Shown piece by piece: positions 28,268 through 37,709 of a stretch of DNA of 64,000 nt. Each line of letters opens with the position of its first letter. Position 1 is the stretch's first letter. The notes beneath the pieces are model-generated. The model saw nothing but the letters and a program-made list of their open reading frames with translations, did no database searches and was not told the DNA's origin. The translations under genes were made by a program, and so were the position numbers. The stretch is from a virus: positions 32,001 through 96,000 of the IMG/VR virus record IMGVR_UViG_3300035670_000045; one strand, written 5' to 3'.

Positions 28268-28933
28268 ATGTCCGGATCGGATCTGTTCAAAGACGCACGC
28301 GGCCTCCGCCAACTCCCCCCCGTTCACGGTCCGGAAGGCGAAGTGACCGACCTCCGCAACGACGTCAAAAAGGCGCTCGCGCCGCTGGCGTGCGTCACCG
28401 TCGAGGAGTTCACCAACCCGGTGGCTGCTTCGACCAACGGTGTGCGCGCCGCCACGGCCGCGTCCCTCGCCGTCCAGTCGGGTTCGCTGGCGGTGACGCT
28501 TCCGTACCCCCGACTCCTCTCGGTCACGACCGCGGGCGGCACCCCCACGGACGCGCCGGCCTCGGTCACCATCACGGGCACCGACGTCGACGGCAAGGTC
28601 ATCTCGGAGACGATCTCCGTCCCGCAGACGGCCACCACCGCCAACGGCACCAAGGCGTTCAAGTCCGTCACCGGGTTCGCGTTCACCGCGGGCCAGGGTA
28701 CGGACGCCACCGTCGCGCTCGGCTGGGCTGCCCCGCTCGGCCTCTCGGAAGCACCGAAGGTGCGCGCGGGTGCGGCCATCCCGACCCTCGAAGTCGTGAA
28801 CGGCGCCCGCGTCACCACCGGCACGCTCTCGGACGCGGCCACCAACCCGCCGTACGGCGTGTACACTCCGGCGTCGGCTCCGAACGCCACGAGCGACTAC
28901 GCGGTCTACTTCGAGTGCGTCCCGCGCGGCTGA
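28268..28933 (+). CDS. Probable virion structural protein
   Basis: AGGAG SD, strongly biased codons, Thr/Ala-rich, VTITGTDVDGKVISETI. Confidence 0.7.
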   Translation: MSGSDLFKDARGLRQLPPVHGPEGEVTDLRNDVKKALAPLACVTVEEFTNPVAASTNGVRAATAASLAVQSGSLAVTLPYPRLLSVTTAGGTPTDAPASVTITGTDVDGKVISETISVPQTATTANGTKAFKSVTGFAFTAGQGTDATVALGWAAPLGLSEAPKVRAGAAIPTLEVVNGARVTTGTLSDAATNPPYGVYTPASAPNATSDYAVYFECVPRG

Positions 28934-29232
28934 TCCAGCCACCAGTACGGACGCTCTTCGGGTACTGATTCCACTGCCACAGGCTGGAGCTCTTCCATCA
29001 CAGCCCGCTTCTCCATCACCGGAGGGGCGGGCTGTGTGCGTACGGGCTGAAGAAGGTCGTACACCGCTTCATTCAGGAGAGCCCGCTCCGTCGGGGACGG
29101 GTTGCGGTGGATCGTTGGGCTCGACTCCAACAGGTGGAGCAGTCCGGGGCGGAAGTGCTCGGGGTTTGTGCGGACGGCCTTTAGGAGCTCGCTTAGGTCG
29201 GGGCTCAAATAGGCTGTGTAGACGTCCTTCAT
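28906..29232 (-). CDS. Hypothetical protein (start MKDVY inferred)
   Basis: Protein-like composition from ATG 29232 with GAGG upstream; contains EKRA. Confidence 0.45.
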   Translation of the reverse strand: MKDVYTAYLSPDLSELLKAVRTNPEHFRPGLLHLLESSPTIHRNPSPTERALLNEAVYDLLQPVRTQPAPPVMEKRAVMEELQPVAVESVPEERPYWWLDQPRGTHSK

Positions 29233-29524
29233 CCCGGAGGACCTCGAGCCCGCTGTTCCCGTAGATGTAGGCTTCGAGGTCGTCGAAGAACTTGGGGTTT
29301 GCCCCTCGACAGTCCCGAAGTTGACGAGGGATCCGCTGAAGGTTTGCCCGCCGGATGTCCTGTTCGATTTCTTCACGGAATTTCTCCAGGAACCAGTGCA
29401 GTATGGCGTGGCGAAGAGCGGCCCGTGTACTCACGAGGGACACCCGCGATCGGTACGCTCCGATTCTTCGCAGAGCGTTCGCCCACTCCAGTAACAACGC
29501 GTCCGTGCTTGCCCGGGTACTCAT
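29069..29524 (-). CDS. Hypothetical protein
   Basis: First ~100 aa look helical and protein-like; overlaps the next minus-strand gene. Confidence 0.45.
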   Translation of the reverse strand: MSTRASTDALLLEWANALRRIGAYRSRVSLVSTRAALRHAILHWFLEKFREEIEQDIRRANLQRIPRQLRDCRGANPKFFDDLEAYIYGNSGLEVLRDEGRLHSLFEPRPKRAPKGRPHKPRALPPRTAPPVGVEPNDPPQPVPDGAGSPE

Positions 29525-29630
29525 TCTTCATCACACCGTAGAACTTCCCCTTGAAGTACTCAAGTGCAGCAGTTATAGGAAGAGAACTTCGCGAAGGTGC
29601 ACTTCGCACAAGGAAAGGCTCTACAAGAAA

Positions 29631-30155
29631 ATGACTCTCGAAGAATTCCGCGCGGCCCTCAAGTCCGGTCAGTACGCCAGTGCCTCGAACGCCCGTCGCG
29701 GCGCCGGCAAGGCCTTCTCGAAGAACGAGGCCGACAAGGCGAAGGCGATGAAGCTCATCGACGCGCAGTTCGGTGCGGCGGAGGCGGCTCCGAAGGTGGC
29801 CAAAGCGCCGAAGGCCGCCAAGGCCCCGAAGTCGGGGAGTACGAAGTCGGACAAGGCCCCCGCCAAGCGCGGACCGCGCGCGGCCCGGAAAGTCGACGCG
29901 GCGGTCGCGGAGATCGGTCCGGTTCCCGAGGTCCACCGTGTGGAGGCCACCATCCACTTCGCGATCACGGCGCTCCAGACGCTCCACACCACCGGCCACG
30001 CGAACGAGATGGCCACCCCGCTCCGTCTGCTCGAGCGCGGCCTCAAGTACCTCGAGCGCGCGCTCCCCGTGCTCGAGGAGAAGGAAGTCGCGGCCGTCCT
30101 GAACGAGGCCTCGAGCATCTCCCTGGAGGAGATCGAGGAAGAGGCCGCCCAGTGA
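29631..30155 (+). CDS. Histone-like/basic DNA-binding protein
   Basis: ATG 29631 after a purine-rich leader; AAPKVAKAPKAAKAPK and PAKRGPR basic repeats. Confidence 0.6.
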   Translation: MTLEEFRAALKSGQYASASNARRGAGKAFSKNEADKAKAMKLIDAQFGAAEAAPKVAKAPKAAKAPKSGSTKSDKAPAKRGPRAARKVDAAVAEIGPVPEVHRVEATIHFAITALQTLHTTGHANEMATPLRLLERGLKYLERALPVLEEKEVAAVLNEASSISLEEIEEEAAQ

Positions 30156-30463
30156 GTGGCCGGGGCGCCATCCTGCTCAGTGAACTGCTGACCAAGATGC
30201 GCCCCTGGTTCACCCACATCCGACGGGCCACCCACGCGTCTGACCTTCAGGTCGAGCCGGGTGCGCACGCTGGGGAGTTCGCCCTTCGGATTCGCGGTCT
30301 CGGCAAAGATGCACCCTGGGAGTACACGTCCGTGTTCTCTCAGGGTCGTGTCTTTGGCGCCACGTACCCGATGGGGCCGGAAGCGTGGTCGCCACATCAG
30401 CGGCCATGCGACTTCGCTCGCGAGGTGATTCGCGAGGTCCTGACCCACCGCGGGTTCCTGTAG
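30152..30463 (+). CDS. Hypothetical protein
   Basis: GTGA overlap with the upstream stop. Confidence 0.55.
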   Translation: MSGRGAILLSELLTKMRPWFTHIRRATHASDLQVEPGAHAGEFALRIRGLGKDAPWEYTSVFSQGRVFGATYPMGPEAWSPHQRPCDFAREVIREVLTHRGFL

Positions 30464-30471
30464 GGTACACT
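30464..30471 (+). promoter_or_regulatory. GG-TAnnnT element 6 nt before ATG
   Basis: GG TACACT cggcac ATG(30478). Confidence 0.6.
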
Positions 30472-30477
30472 CGGCAC

Positions 30478-30855
30478 ATGGACATCACGCTGACAGAGCA
30501 GGAGTACTTGGCCCTGGTCGCCCTGGCGCGAGATGCGTTGAAAGGGGAGACCAACAAGACGCTGGCTCTCGAGGAGACCCTCAAGAGCATAGAGGCCCGC
30601 GCAGGTTTGCGCAGGTTTCTCCTGGTCGTGAGGTGGGAGGACCTTGGCCTGAACCCGCCGCCCTACTCCGCGGAGTTCATCGACTCGTACCCTGCGGCGC
30701 TGGAGGGGCGAATCGAGAGAGCGGATCGACCCATCGCCAAAGCGGACGTGGTCGCCTACGTGGCTACGAAGGCTCGACGTGCCGGAGAGATCTACGTCAC
30801 CCGGGACCCGGCGGGCCGGGCCGGGTGGTCGAAGCTGAGTCAGTTTTTCCCATGA
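30478..30855 (+). CDS. Hypothetical protein
   Basis: MDITLTEQEYLAL... ORF coupled to the next gene. Confidence 0.65.
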   Translation: MDITLTEQEYLALVALARDALKGETNKTLALEETLKSIEARAGLRRFLLVVRWEDLGLNPPPYSAEFIDSYPAALEGRIERADRPIAKADVVAYVATKARRAGEIYVTRDPAGRAGWSKLSQFFP

Positions 30856-31148
30856 AATGCCTGAACTGCAGCCGTGAGATGTCGCCCGACGAGGGCAAGC
30901 TGTTCGCGCAGGTCCTTGTCTGCCCCGAGTGTTACACACTCGCGGTTCGCACAACGGAACGTATCGAGTCCGAGCTGCGTGCATGTCTTGCGCTGGTACG
31001 CGACCAGATTCGTGTGAAGCTCATTCAGGGGGAGCTCCGGGCCCCACCTCAGGTGGAGACTCCGCCAATGAGCAAGGCGGACCTGTTACGCGCCATGGCC
31101 GAACGATACAGTGCAGGTCATGCAAGTACTCGCGAACCAAACGACTGA
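30852..31148 (+). CDS. Zn-finger protein
   Basis: MKCLNC...VCPEC. Confidence 0.65.
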   Translation: MKCLNCSREMSPDEGKLFAQVLVCPECYTLAVRTTERIESELRACLALVRDQIRVKLIQGELRAPPQVETPPMSKADLLRAMAERYSAGHASTREPND

Positions 31149-31371
31149 CGCGCACCAGCTTCGGTGCACGTTCTGCGGCATGACACAGCAGGTGGTGTAC
31201 CCCCTTGGGTGCCGACTGCGTCCGGGCGACCCCGCCATTCTGATGGACGACGAACCTTCCGTAGGGAGATGCACCCGATGTTCGAGGACCGTGATGGTAG
31301 TGGAGGAAGCTCCGAGCCCGCCGCCGCCGGTGTCATACGACCCCGTTGGGATACACAAGAAAATCAGGTGA
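31111..31371 (+). CDS. Small Zn-ribbon protein
   Basis: CTFC...CTRC. Confidence 0.5.
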   Translation: MQVMQVLANQTTDAHQLRCTFCGMTQQVVYPLGCRLRPGDPAILMDDEPSVGRCTRCSRTVMVVEEAPSPPPPVSYDPVGIHKKIR

Positions 31372-31772
31372 CCCTGCACCGGCGAGGTTGGGCCAGCTAC
31401 GTGGGTAGAACGGGCAACTTCCGGTGCGTAGCAGAGCGACTGGAGTGGGACTACGGCACCTTCACGGTGTACGAGGCGCGAGAAGTCCGTCTGAGCCAGA
31501 TCGCTGCCTTGACATTGCTGCAGGGGGGCAGCCTGGTCGACATATTCGATGGATCCTTCGCGCTGACGCCGGGGGCGGGAGGCAAGGCGAAGCCCATGCT
31601 GTTGGCGGGGGCAGACCCTCCAAGCCTGGTGCGTCCGATGCCGACCATCGCGAAGGTGGCGCTCGTCTCCGTGGTCAGCCTCACCGACGATGGGATCGAG
31701 CTCCACGTCCTGCGCGCCAAACTGTTCCACGATCTCGTGGCTCACAACCTGTTCCGTCCTGGTGTGACATGA
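31368..31772 (+). CDS. Hypothetical protein
   Basis: GTGA/ATGA overlaps at both ends. Confidence 0.55.
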   Translation: MTLHRRGWASYVGRTGNFRCVAERLEWDYGTFTVYEAREVRLSQIAALTLLQGGSLVDIFDGSFALTPGAGGKAKPMLLAGADPPSLVRPMPTIAKVALVSVVSLTDDGIELHVLRAKLFHDLVAHNLFRPGVT

Positions 31773-32965
31773 AAAAAGCCCCCGACCCGAAGATCGACCC
31801 GTCCGTCACGCTGAGCCCGGCGGCGATGAAGTACCTCCACAACCGCCAAGACCGTATGGCGGCAGGGGCCCCGGTACGGCCTGCCACACAGGGTCCTCCG
31901 ATTCCTCGGCTCGACCTGGCCCCCGAGGAAACGGGGGTTCCCATGTCCATGGCACAGCACGCCGCGATGCAGCGGCAGCACCTCCCCCAGGCGCAAGGTG
32001 GGCCCGTACCTCAGTCCATCTTCGGCTCTCCAGGTGCCGCCCCGCGGACTGAGGCACCGGGGGCCGGCATCGAAGCGAACGACCTCTTGCCTCCGGAAGC
32101 GATGCGGGACCCGGAGTACCGCGACGGGATCAACGCCTCACTCGCGATCAACCAGCCGGGGCTCGCACACAAGTACGGGGTCGTGCGGAACGGCGTTCAT
32201 ATCCCACCGAAGGTGGTTCGGGGTTCGCGACCTGGTCAGCTCAGCGACGCCACCCTCGAGGGCCTGAACGCTATCCGGGAGCTCGAGCAGCAGCAGGCGC
32301 AGGCTGCGGCCTCCGCGCAAGCCCAGGACATCGACCGGCAAGCCACTGCAGCATCGCAGAGTCGGATCGGCGGTGGCGCGCCTCCCCCTCCCCCGACCCC
32401 TCCTCGGGACATCATGGACGCCATCGAGGACCAGCACGCGAAGCGGCGCATCGACAGCTTCGACTACGAGCGTCTCGTGGACCTGGTCACAAAGGACCTG
32501 CTCTCGAACGATGACGAGCGGATGGCGGTGGAGTCCCGACTCGAGCCCCTCAAGCTGGAGACCCTCATCCGGTTTGGGTACATCGAGCAGCGCATCCCGA
32601 TCATTCCAGGGTCGTACGAGCCCACGTTCATCTCGTACGATGGGCAAGTCGACCTCAACGTGAAGCGTCTGATCTTCACGGAGCGGTTCCGGGATGGGCG
32701 GGTCGACCTCGAGGCAGCCGACCGCTACTACATCGACAGGTTTTCGATGATGGCGGTCGCCTGTGGCCTCTCCGCCATCAACGAGGTCAAGTACCCCGGA
32801 GTCACGGACCGGGACGGGAACTTCGACGAGAAGTTGTTCTACGCGAAGTTGGACAAGGTTCTCCGCCTCCCGTTCCACATGATCATCAGCCTCTCGGTGC
32901 ACTTCCAGTGGTTCGACATCCGCGTGCGGAAGCTGTTCCAAGGGGCCAACCTAAAAAATTCCTAG
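31769..32965 (+). CDS. Probable tail assembly chaperone (gpG-like)
   Basis: C-terminal chaperone-like domain (GLSAINEV...KVLRLP...WFD.RV.KL) ending at the slippery A AAA AAT just before the stop. Confidence 0.6.
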   Translation: MKKAPDPKIDPSVTLSPAAMKYLHNRQDRMAAGAPVRPATQGPPIPRLDLAPEETGVPMSMAQHAAMQRQHLPQAQGGPVPQSIFGSPGAAPRTEAPGAGIEANDLLPPEAMRDPEYRDGINASLAINQPGLAHKYGVVRNGVHIPPKVVRGSRPGQLSDATLEGLNAIRELEQQQAQAAASAQAQDIDRQATAASQSRIGGGAPPPPPTPPRDIMDAIEDQHAKRRIDSFDYERLVDLVTKDLLSNDDERMAVESRLEPLKLETLIRFGYIEQRIPIIPGSYEPTFISYDGQVDLNVKRLIFTERFRDGRVDLEAADRYYIDRFSMMAVACGLSAINEVKYPGVTDRDGNFDEKLFYAKLDKVLRLPFHMIISLSVHFQWFDIRVRKLFQGANLKNS

Positions 32966-33354
32966 AGACTCCCGAGGGGTGGGCGATCGCGACGCTTTTG
33001 GGCGCCACGCTTTCCCGGCCTCCAATCCCCGGCTCTGCTCGGGAGTCCGTCCTCATCGAGTACTACCTCCGACTCGACGAAATCAACTACGCGCGTGACC
33101 TCGCTCAGGCGCAGCTCGCTCTCGACCCCAAGGAGGGGGCCAAGCGATTCGATGAGTTCCGCCATGTTCAGTTCCCATGGCTACGCACTGCGCAAAAGCG
33201 GGAGCGAGAGAAGGTCGTAACGGAGCTCCAAAAGTGGGCCAAGAGTGGGCCGATCCAAATCTCACGGAATGCATCAGATGTCCCTCGGCAGAAGGTCGGG
33301 GTGAGCTACCTAAAGAAGGCCGAATATGACCGACGGAACCGCCGTACGCAGTGA
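32953..33354 (+). CDS. -1 frameshift extension of the chaperone (gpGT-like)
   Basis: -1 frame continues as FLETPEGW... to 33354, with no convincing start of its own. Confidence 0.6.
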   Translation, partial: KKFLETPEGWAIATLLGATLSRPPIPGSARESVLIEYYLRLDEINYARDLAQAQLALDPKEGAKRFDEFRHVQFPWLRTAQKREREKVVTELQKWAKSGPIQISRNASDVPRQKVGVSYLKKAEYDRRNRRTQ

Positions 33355-33751
33355 TGGACTTCGACTCTGCCCCAACTGTGGGGAAGCCAACGTGGATTAC
33401 ACCCCGGTGGCGGGGCCCTCTGGGGATGCAAGCTGCCGCGCATGTATGTGGCACGGCAAGGCGTACCAGCTCGTGATGGTGATGGGCACGGAGGGCGCTG
33501 GCTTGGCCGCGGCTCACACCGTACGCCTGGCGTTCATTCGGACGGTGGGAACTGCGTTCGAGGCGAAGTTCGCAGAGTGGGCGATTCAGAGCGGGTTCCT
33601 CGACCCCAAGTCCCCCACCTTCCAGGCGGAGGCGCTACTCCTCCTCAAAGCGGGTATCAACGGGGCCTACTTCTCCATCCTGCAGCAGGTGGTGGAGATG
33701 AAGGACGCGGAGGCGGCGGCTCGCGCAAAGGCCAAGGAGAGTACCCAGTGA
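33326..33751 (+). CDS. Zn-ribbon protein
   Basis: CPNCG...CRACMW. Confidence 0.6.
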   Translation: MTDGTAVRSDGLRLCPNCGEANVDYTPVAGPSGDASCRACMWHGKAYQLVMVMGTEGAGLAAAHTVRLAFIRTVGTAFEAKFAEWAIQSGFLDPKSPTFQAEALLLLKAGINGAYFSILQQVVEMKDAEAAARAKAKESTQ

Positions 33752-34002
33752 GCGATGACGAGAGGCTCTTCTGCTACCGCGACCAGAACCGGCAGTGTGA
33801 CGCCACATGCGTGGCGTACCTGGTGACACGCCCCGAAGGTGACGACTACGCCAATGCGCCTTGGGCGCAGTGTGTGGAGCTCACCAGCGCGCACCGGTCG
33901 GCGAAGCACCTGACCATCTTGGCTAAGCTTGTCGACGACCGAAACAAGAAGGACCACATTCGTAGCCAGGACCTGGCGCGGGTTGGGAGCACAAAGCTGT
34001 GA
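33748..34002 (+). CDS. Small Cys-rich protein
   Basis: AAGGAG SD, GTG start; FC...C...CVAY...C. Confidence 0.6.
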   Translation: MSDDERLFCYRDQNRQCDATCVAYLVTRPEGDDYANAPWAQCVELTSAHRSAKHLTILAKLVDDRNKKDHIRSQDLARVGSTKL

Positions 34003-34262
34003 AACTGGAGCTACTCGGAATCGCGATGTCCTACCCAGTGGGCGGGCAGCCTATCGGTGTACTGACCCTGTCTGTGGCGGGAGGTCCCCAGTTCGATGCC
34101 CTGACGACGGTCGACATCGCACATCAGCTGATCCAGGCATCCGCCGTGCCCCCGCCGCTTCCACCCGCCCCCACTACCGGGACGGCTACAGCGGTCAGCT
34201 CCCCTCCCGTGGCCCCCGCAGACGAAGAGGACCCGTTCGATGCGATCGGGGAGCAGGCGTAG
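33999..34262 (+). CDS. Hypothetical protein
   Basis: Coupled overlaps with neighbours. Confidence 0.55.
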   Translation: MKLELLGIAMSYPVGGQPIGVLTLSVAGGPQFDALTTVDIAHQLIQASAVPPPLPPAPTTGTATAVSSPPVAPADEEDPFDAIGEQA

Positions 34263-34684
34263 TGCTGCTCTTTGCCTGTGCCGGATGCCCCATGGCGGTA
34301 CGGTGCATGGACTTGCCCGACGGAGTGGTCCCAAGCGAGATCCCGAACAGCGCGGAGTGCACCAAGTGCGGGTCCAGCTTCAGTATGATTCCCGAGCGGA
34401 TGGCGGCGCCTGAGGCCCTCAACGCGCTCGAGATTCGAGACCTGACGTTCGAGGAGCTGTACTACTGGAGCGCCACGGGCACGCTACCCAACGAGCGGCC
34501 CGCGGATACCGCCTCGGTCACTTCCGCTCTGGTCGGGCGGGCCATCACGTCGATTGGGGTGGATCGTCGGGTGCAGGGCGCCACTGTGGTGACTCACCTC
34601 GTACTCGATGACGGTACCCGGGTATACTTCGGAGCATCCCCCTACGGCGCAGTGGTGTACCGTCTGGCTGGAAAACTCACATGA
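34262..34684 (+). CDS. Zn-ribbon-containing hypothetical protein
   Basis: CAGC...CTKCG; start inferred. Confidence 0.55.
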   Translation: MLLFACAGCPMAVRCMDLPDGVVPSEIPNSAECTKCGSSFSMIPERMAAPEALNALEIRDLTFEELYYWSATGTLPNERPADTASVTSALVGRAITSIGVDRRVQGATVVTHLVLDDGTRVYFGASPYGAVVYRLAGKLT

Positions 34685-35334
34685 AAGAGCTCTGGTTCCG
34701 GTACCAACGAGAAGGCGAGTTCTATTCCGGGGCGTTCTCCGACGGCGAGGACAGTACCCCGCACCAGCTTGTCGTTCGAGTCAGCTGGGAGCAGCTGCTC
34801 CGTGCTTTGGCTCGAGAGATTGCTGCAACTCCAGCGGGTACCCCGCTGCTACTCGTGCGGGCCGACCACCCCGCGATGTTCCCTTCTCGCATCCCGGATG
34901 AGACCGTGGAGCTGTTCCGTACAGACCCCGTGTCCGCCATTCGGGAGTGGACCGTACGGTCAGCAGATTACCGCCGCGCGCAGGTGCCTCCTCCTGTTCC
35001 CGCGGGTCATTCCGTACTGGCCCGCATGTTTGGGGAGTACCTCTACCTCCCGATGGACCCAAAGCGCATGCGGGTAGAATCCCCGGTCACGGGGGAGATG
35101 GAGGAGGTGTCCAGCCTGCACTTCCGAGACGGGTCAGGGTGGATCCCACTTCGACATGTGGCCCAGCAGTGGGTCTTGTGTTCTGTCGAAGATCTTCTAC
35201 TCTCCTCGAAGGCAGACAAGTTCTACTTGCCACGCCCGTGGAACGAGCATGGTGAGTGGATTTCCCGCTCCCAGCTGTGGGGCAAGTTGTCCCGTTACCG
35301 GACTGAGGTCCAGAAAGCCGTGGCTGACCTATGA
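34681..35334 (+). CDS. Hypothetical protein
   Basis: 217-aa ORF with ATGA overlap. Confidence 0.6.
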   Translation: MKELWFRYQREGEFYSGAFSDGEDSTPHQLVVRVSWEQLLRALAREIAATPAGTPLLLVRADHPAMFPSRIPDETVELFRTDPVSAIREWTVRSADYRRAQVPPPVPAGHSVLARMFGEYLYLPMDPKRMRVESPVTGEMEEVSSLHFRDGSGWIPLRHVAQQWVLCSVEDLLLSSKADKFYLPRPWNEHGEWISRSQLWGKLSRYRTEVQKAVADL

Positions 35335-35702
35335 GCAACCCGTCACACCAACCCCGCCTCCCCATGCACGACGCTCCCCATTCCGCTTCGGCGGCGACGC
35401 AAGTGCAGGGCGCCGTGAAGATCGAGTACTACGCAGTCCAGCGGACCCAGGTCAACCCCCGCACCGGCAACGTCGAGAAAGTCCAAGAGATCTGCTTCGA
35501 CTTCCTCGGCACCATGTTCGTCGTCCCGGGCTCGGCCGAAGCGCTCAAGCAAGCCCCTGCGTACACGCCCGAGATGCGCCGGGATGTGCTCCGTGCAGCC
35601 GATGCCACCGCGAAGCTCGAACCCACCACGCCGTCGATCGACCCCCCCGCGGCCAAATCGGGCGTCTCGGCCATCGCCATCGCGAACGCCGTCCCGCGAT
35701 GA
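35331..35702 (+). CDS. Hypothetical protein
   Basis: 123-aa ORF with typical codon bias. Confidence 0.6.
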   Translation: MSNPSHQPRLPMHDAPHSASAATQVQGAVKIEYYAVQRTQVNPRTGNVEKVQEICFDFLGTMFVVPGSAEALKQAPAYTPEMRRDVLRAADATAKLEPTTPSIDPPAAKSGVSAIAIANAVPR

Positions 35703-36025
35703 GCGTTCGACCCTACGGAGGCCATGTGCTGGTGCGGGAGCACCCTCGGGCCAAGAAGAGCAAGGTGCTCGAGCTCATCACGAACGAGTCCAACGTGCTC
35801 ACGGGTGAGGTGCTCCAAGTGGGCCCCGGCGCGGTGGGGAAGAAGGGCCGGGTGGCCCCCACCGTGCGGGTAGGGGAAAAGGTGGCATTCCTCCGCTGGC
35901 ACAAGGAGCACCAGGCCGGACGCGCCGTGCAGCACGCCCTGGAGGGGGAAGGGGAAGGCCTGAGCATCCTCAGTGAACGAGACATCCTATTCGTCTACGA
36001 CGGCGACATCGAGGTGGACACGTGA
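35699..36025 (+). CDS. groES: GroES-like co-chaperonin (Cpn10)
   Basis: RPYGGHVLV, GEVLQVGPG, VRVGEKV, ILSERDIL match the Cpn10 consensus. Confidence 0.8.
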   Translation: MSVRPYGGHVLVREHPRAKKSKVLELITNESNVLTGEVLQVGPGAVGKKGRVAPTVRVGEKVAFLRWHKEHQAGRAVQHALEGEGEGLSILSERDILFVYDGDIEVDT

Positions 36026-36282
36026 AACTCGTAGTGCATGGCCTGGACGGGGTGCAGGTGAACTACATGTTCCTGCCTACGTTCATCGGGTTCAACGCCG
36101 TCGTGAAGACGGAGATCGAAACCAAGCTCGTGGAGAAGTTCGCAGGGCAGACCATGACGCCCAGCCTCCTCGAGAAGATGCACCGGTGGGTCCTCGCCTA
36201 CTTGTGCGAGCGATTCCCCATCCCCGGTCTTCAAGAGTACTTGGAGGCAATCCGTCACGTCGACGACGGGGTGTCACCTTGA
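36022..36282 (+). CDS. Hypothetical protein
   Basis: GAGG SD, GTGA overlap. Confidence 0.6.
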   Translation: MKLVVHGLDGVQVNYMFLPTFIGFNAVVKTEIETKLVEKFAGQTMTPSLLEKMHRWVLAYLCERFPIPGLQEYLEAIRHVDDGVSP

Positions 36283-36782
36283 GTCAGAAGTCGGTTCAAA
36301 TCCCTGCGCACTCCGGTGTGCAGGGGTTCCTACGCACCATCGAGCAGATCCTGCGTCTTCGCGGCCTGGGGTGGATTCGGGCGGACCGGACGGGGCTCGT
36401 CACGTACGAGTACGACTCGGGGGACGAAGACGTGTTCGCGCAGATCGAGGATGCCGCGTCGCCCAAGGGGCTGGTGTCGAAAATCGATCTCATGGAGCTG
36501 GTGCTCGAGAAGGGGGAAGACCCTGTGATCCGACTGCTCGAAGAAGCGGACGGGCTCCACATGTACCCGACCCTGTTCTTGGCCAGCGACCCGCGGGACA
36601 TTCAGCGCCGACTCAAGCAGGCGGTCAATGGCCGGTTTCGACACACCATCCTGGGGGTCCCCATCGAGGCCTACAGCGAGATGGGGAAAGACCGCCTGGT
36701 GCTTTTCGCAGGAAAAGACGTGCGAGGCGACACGCAGTCCAGTACAGCAGGATTCGCGGTCATTCTTCCAGACGAGGTGTGA
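36279..36782 (+). CDS. Hypothetical protein (TTG start inferred)
   Basis: TTGA overlap; protein-like composition. Confidence 0.55.
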   Translation: MSQKSVQIPAHSGVQGFLRTIEQILRLRGLGWIRADRTGLVTYEYDSGDEDVFAQIEDAASPKGLVSKIDLMELVLEKGEDPVIRLLEEADGLHMYPTLFLASDPRDIQRRLKQAVNGRFRHTILGVPIEAYSEMGKDRLVLFAGKDVRGDTQSSTAGFAVILPDEV

Positions 36783-36783
36783 G

Positions 36784-37299
36784 ATGGGTCTACGCCACCT
36801 GATCGAGTCAATGGGTGTGTTGCCGGAAGGCACCATCGCGGAGCAGCGTCGATGGTGCCCGGATGACGTTCAGAGCGAAGAGGTGGGCGAGCTCACCACG
36901 AAGCTCAAGATCCTGACCCCGGAGCAAATTCGAGCCGAGTTGGCCCGCTTGGTCGACGAGCTCGGGTATGTCGCAATCCGAAAGACGGACCTCGATGCGT
37001 ACGCTGCGTTTGCGCGACACCCCAAGGAAGGGGAGCTCGTCATGTACGACGAGCGGGCTCGTGCGAAACGGAGCAAGGTCACCTACGCCCGGCACAGCGC
37101 GGGGTACCTGATCCATGTGCACGGCCTGACCCAGTCCGTGGTGGACGGCATGTTGTACGTCATGACCGACGGGAAGTCCCACCTCTGCATCGAGGAGGAC
37201 ACCCAGGTGTACTTCGGGGAGGGCTCGGAGGTGGTGTACCTCGGGGATGCGCCCGAGTTCCTCTACCTCAAACCCGCAAGCGTGGAGCAGTCGAAATGA
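36784..37299 (+). CDS. Hypothetical protein
   Basis: GAGG upstream of ATG 36784. Confidence 0.6.
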   Translation: MGLRHLIESMGVLPEGTIAEQRRWCPDDVQSEEVGELTTKLKILTPEQIRAELARLVDELGYVAIRKTDLDAYAAFARHPKEGELVMYDERARAKRSKVTYARHSAGYLIHVHGLTQSVVDGMLYVMTDGKSHLCIEEDTQVYFGEGSEVVYLGDAPEFLYLKPASVEQSK

Positions 37300-37709
37300 G
37301 AACGGAGCAGGACCGCATGGTCACCACCCTGACGCTGGCGGGTGGCCTGGCAGTGTCAAACGTCGTGGAAGAGGGCGCCACCCTGGTGTGCACCGGCAGA
37401 GTCGAAAAGTCGGGTCAGCTTCGCTGGCAGAAGTTCCTGCACGAGCTGTTGGAGTCGGCGGAGCAGGCGCCGTGGAGCGTGGATGTCAGCCTCGCGTACT
37501 TCCTCTCGGAGGACAAGTCCCTGAAGTACAATTGGCGCTTGATCTTCCAAGGTCCTTGGGCCGGAGTGCTCGCGCGGTTCGAGCCACGTAGCCAGACGCC
37601 TTTGGAGGAGCTCGAGCTGGTCCCCGCGCCTGTCCGTGGCGTCAGCGGCACTGGCAAGGGCATCCAACCTGCTGACCCGTCCGCGTACACAGGGGGTCAA
37701 CGTGGGTAG
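37296..37709 (+). CDS. Hypothetical protein
   Basis: ATGA overlap. Confidence 0.6.
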   Translation: MRTEQDRMVTTLTLAGGLAVSNVVEEGATLVCTGRVEKSGQLRWQKFLHELLESAEQAPWSVDVSLAYFLSEDKSLKYNWRLIFQGPWAGVLARFEPRSQTPLEELELVPAPVRGVSGTGKGIQPADPSAYTGGQRG

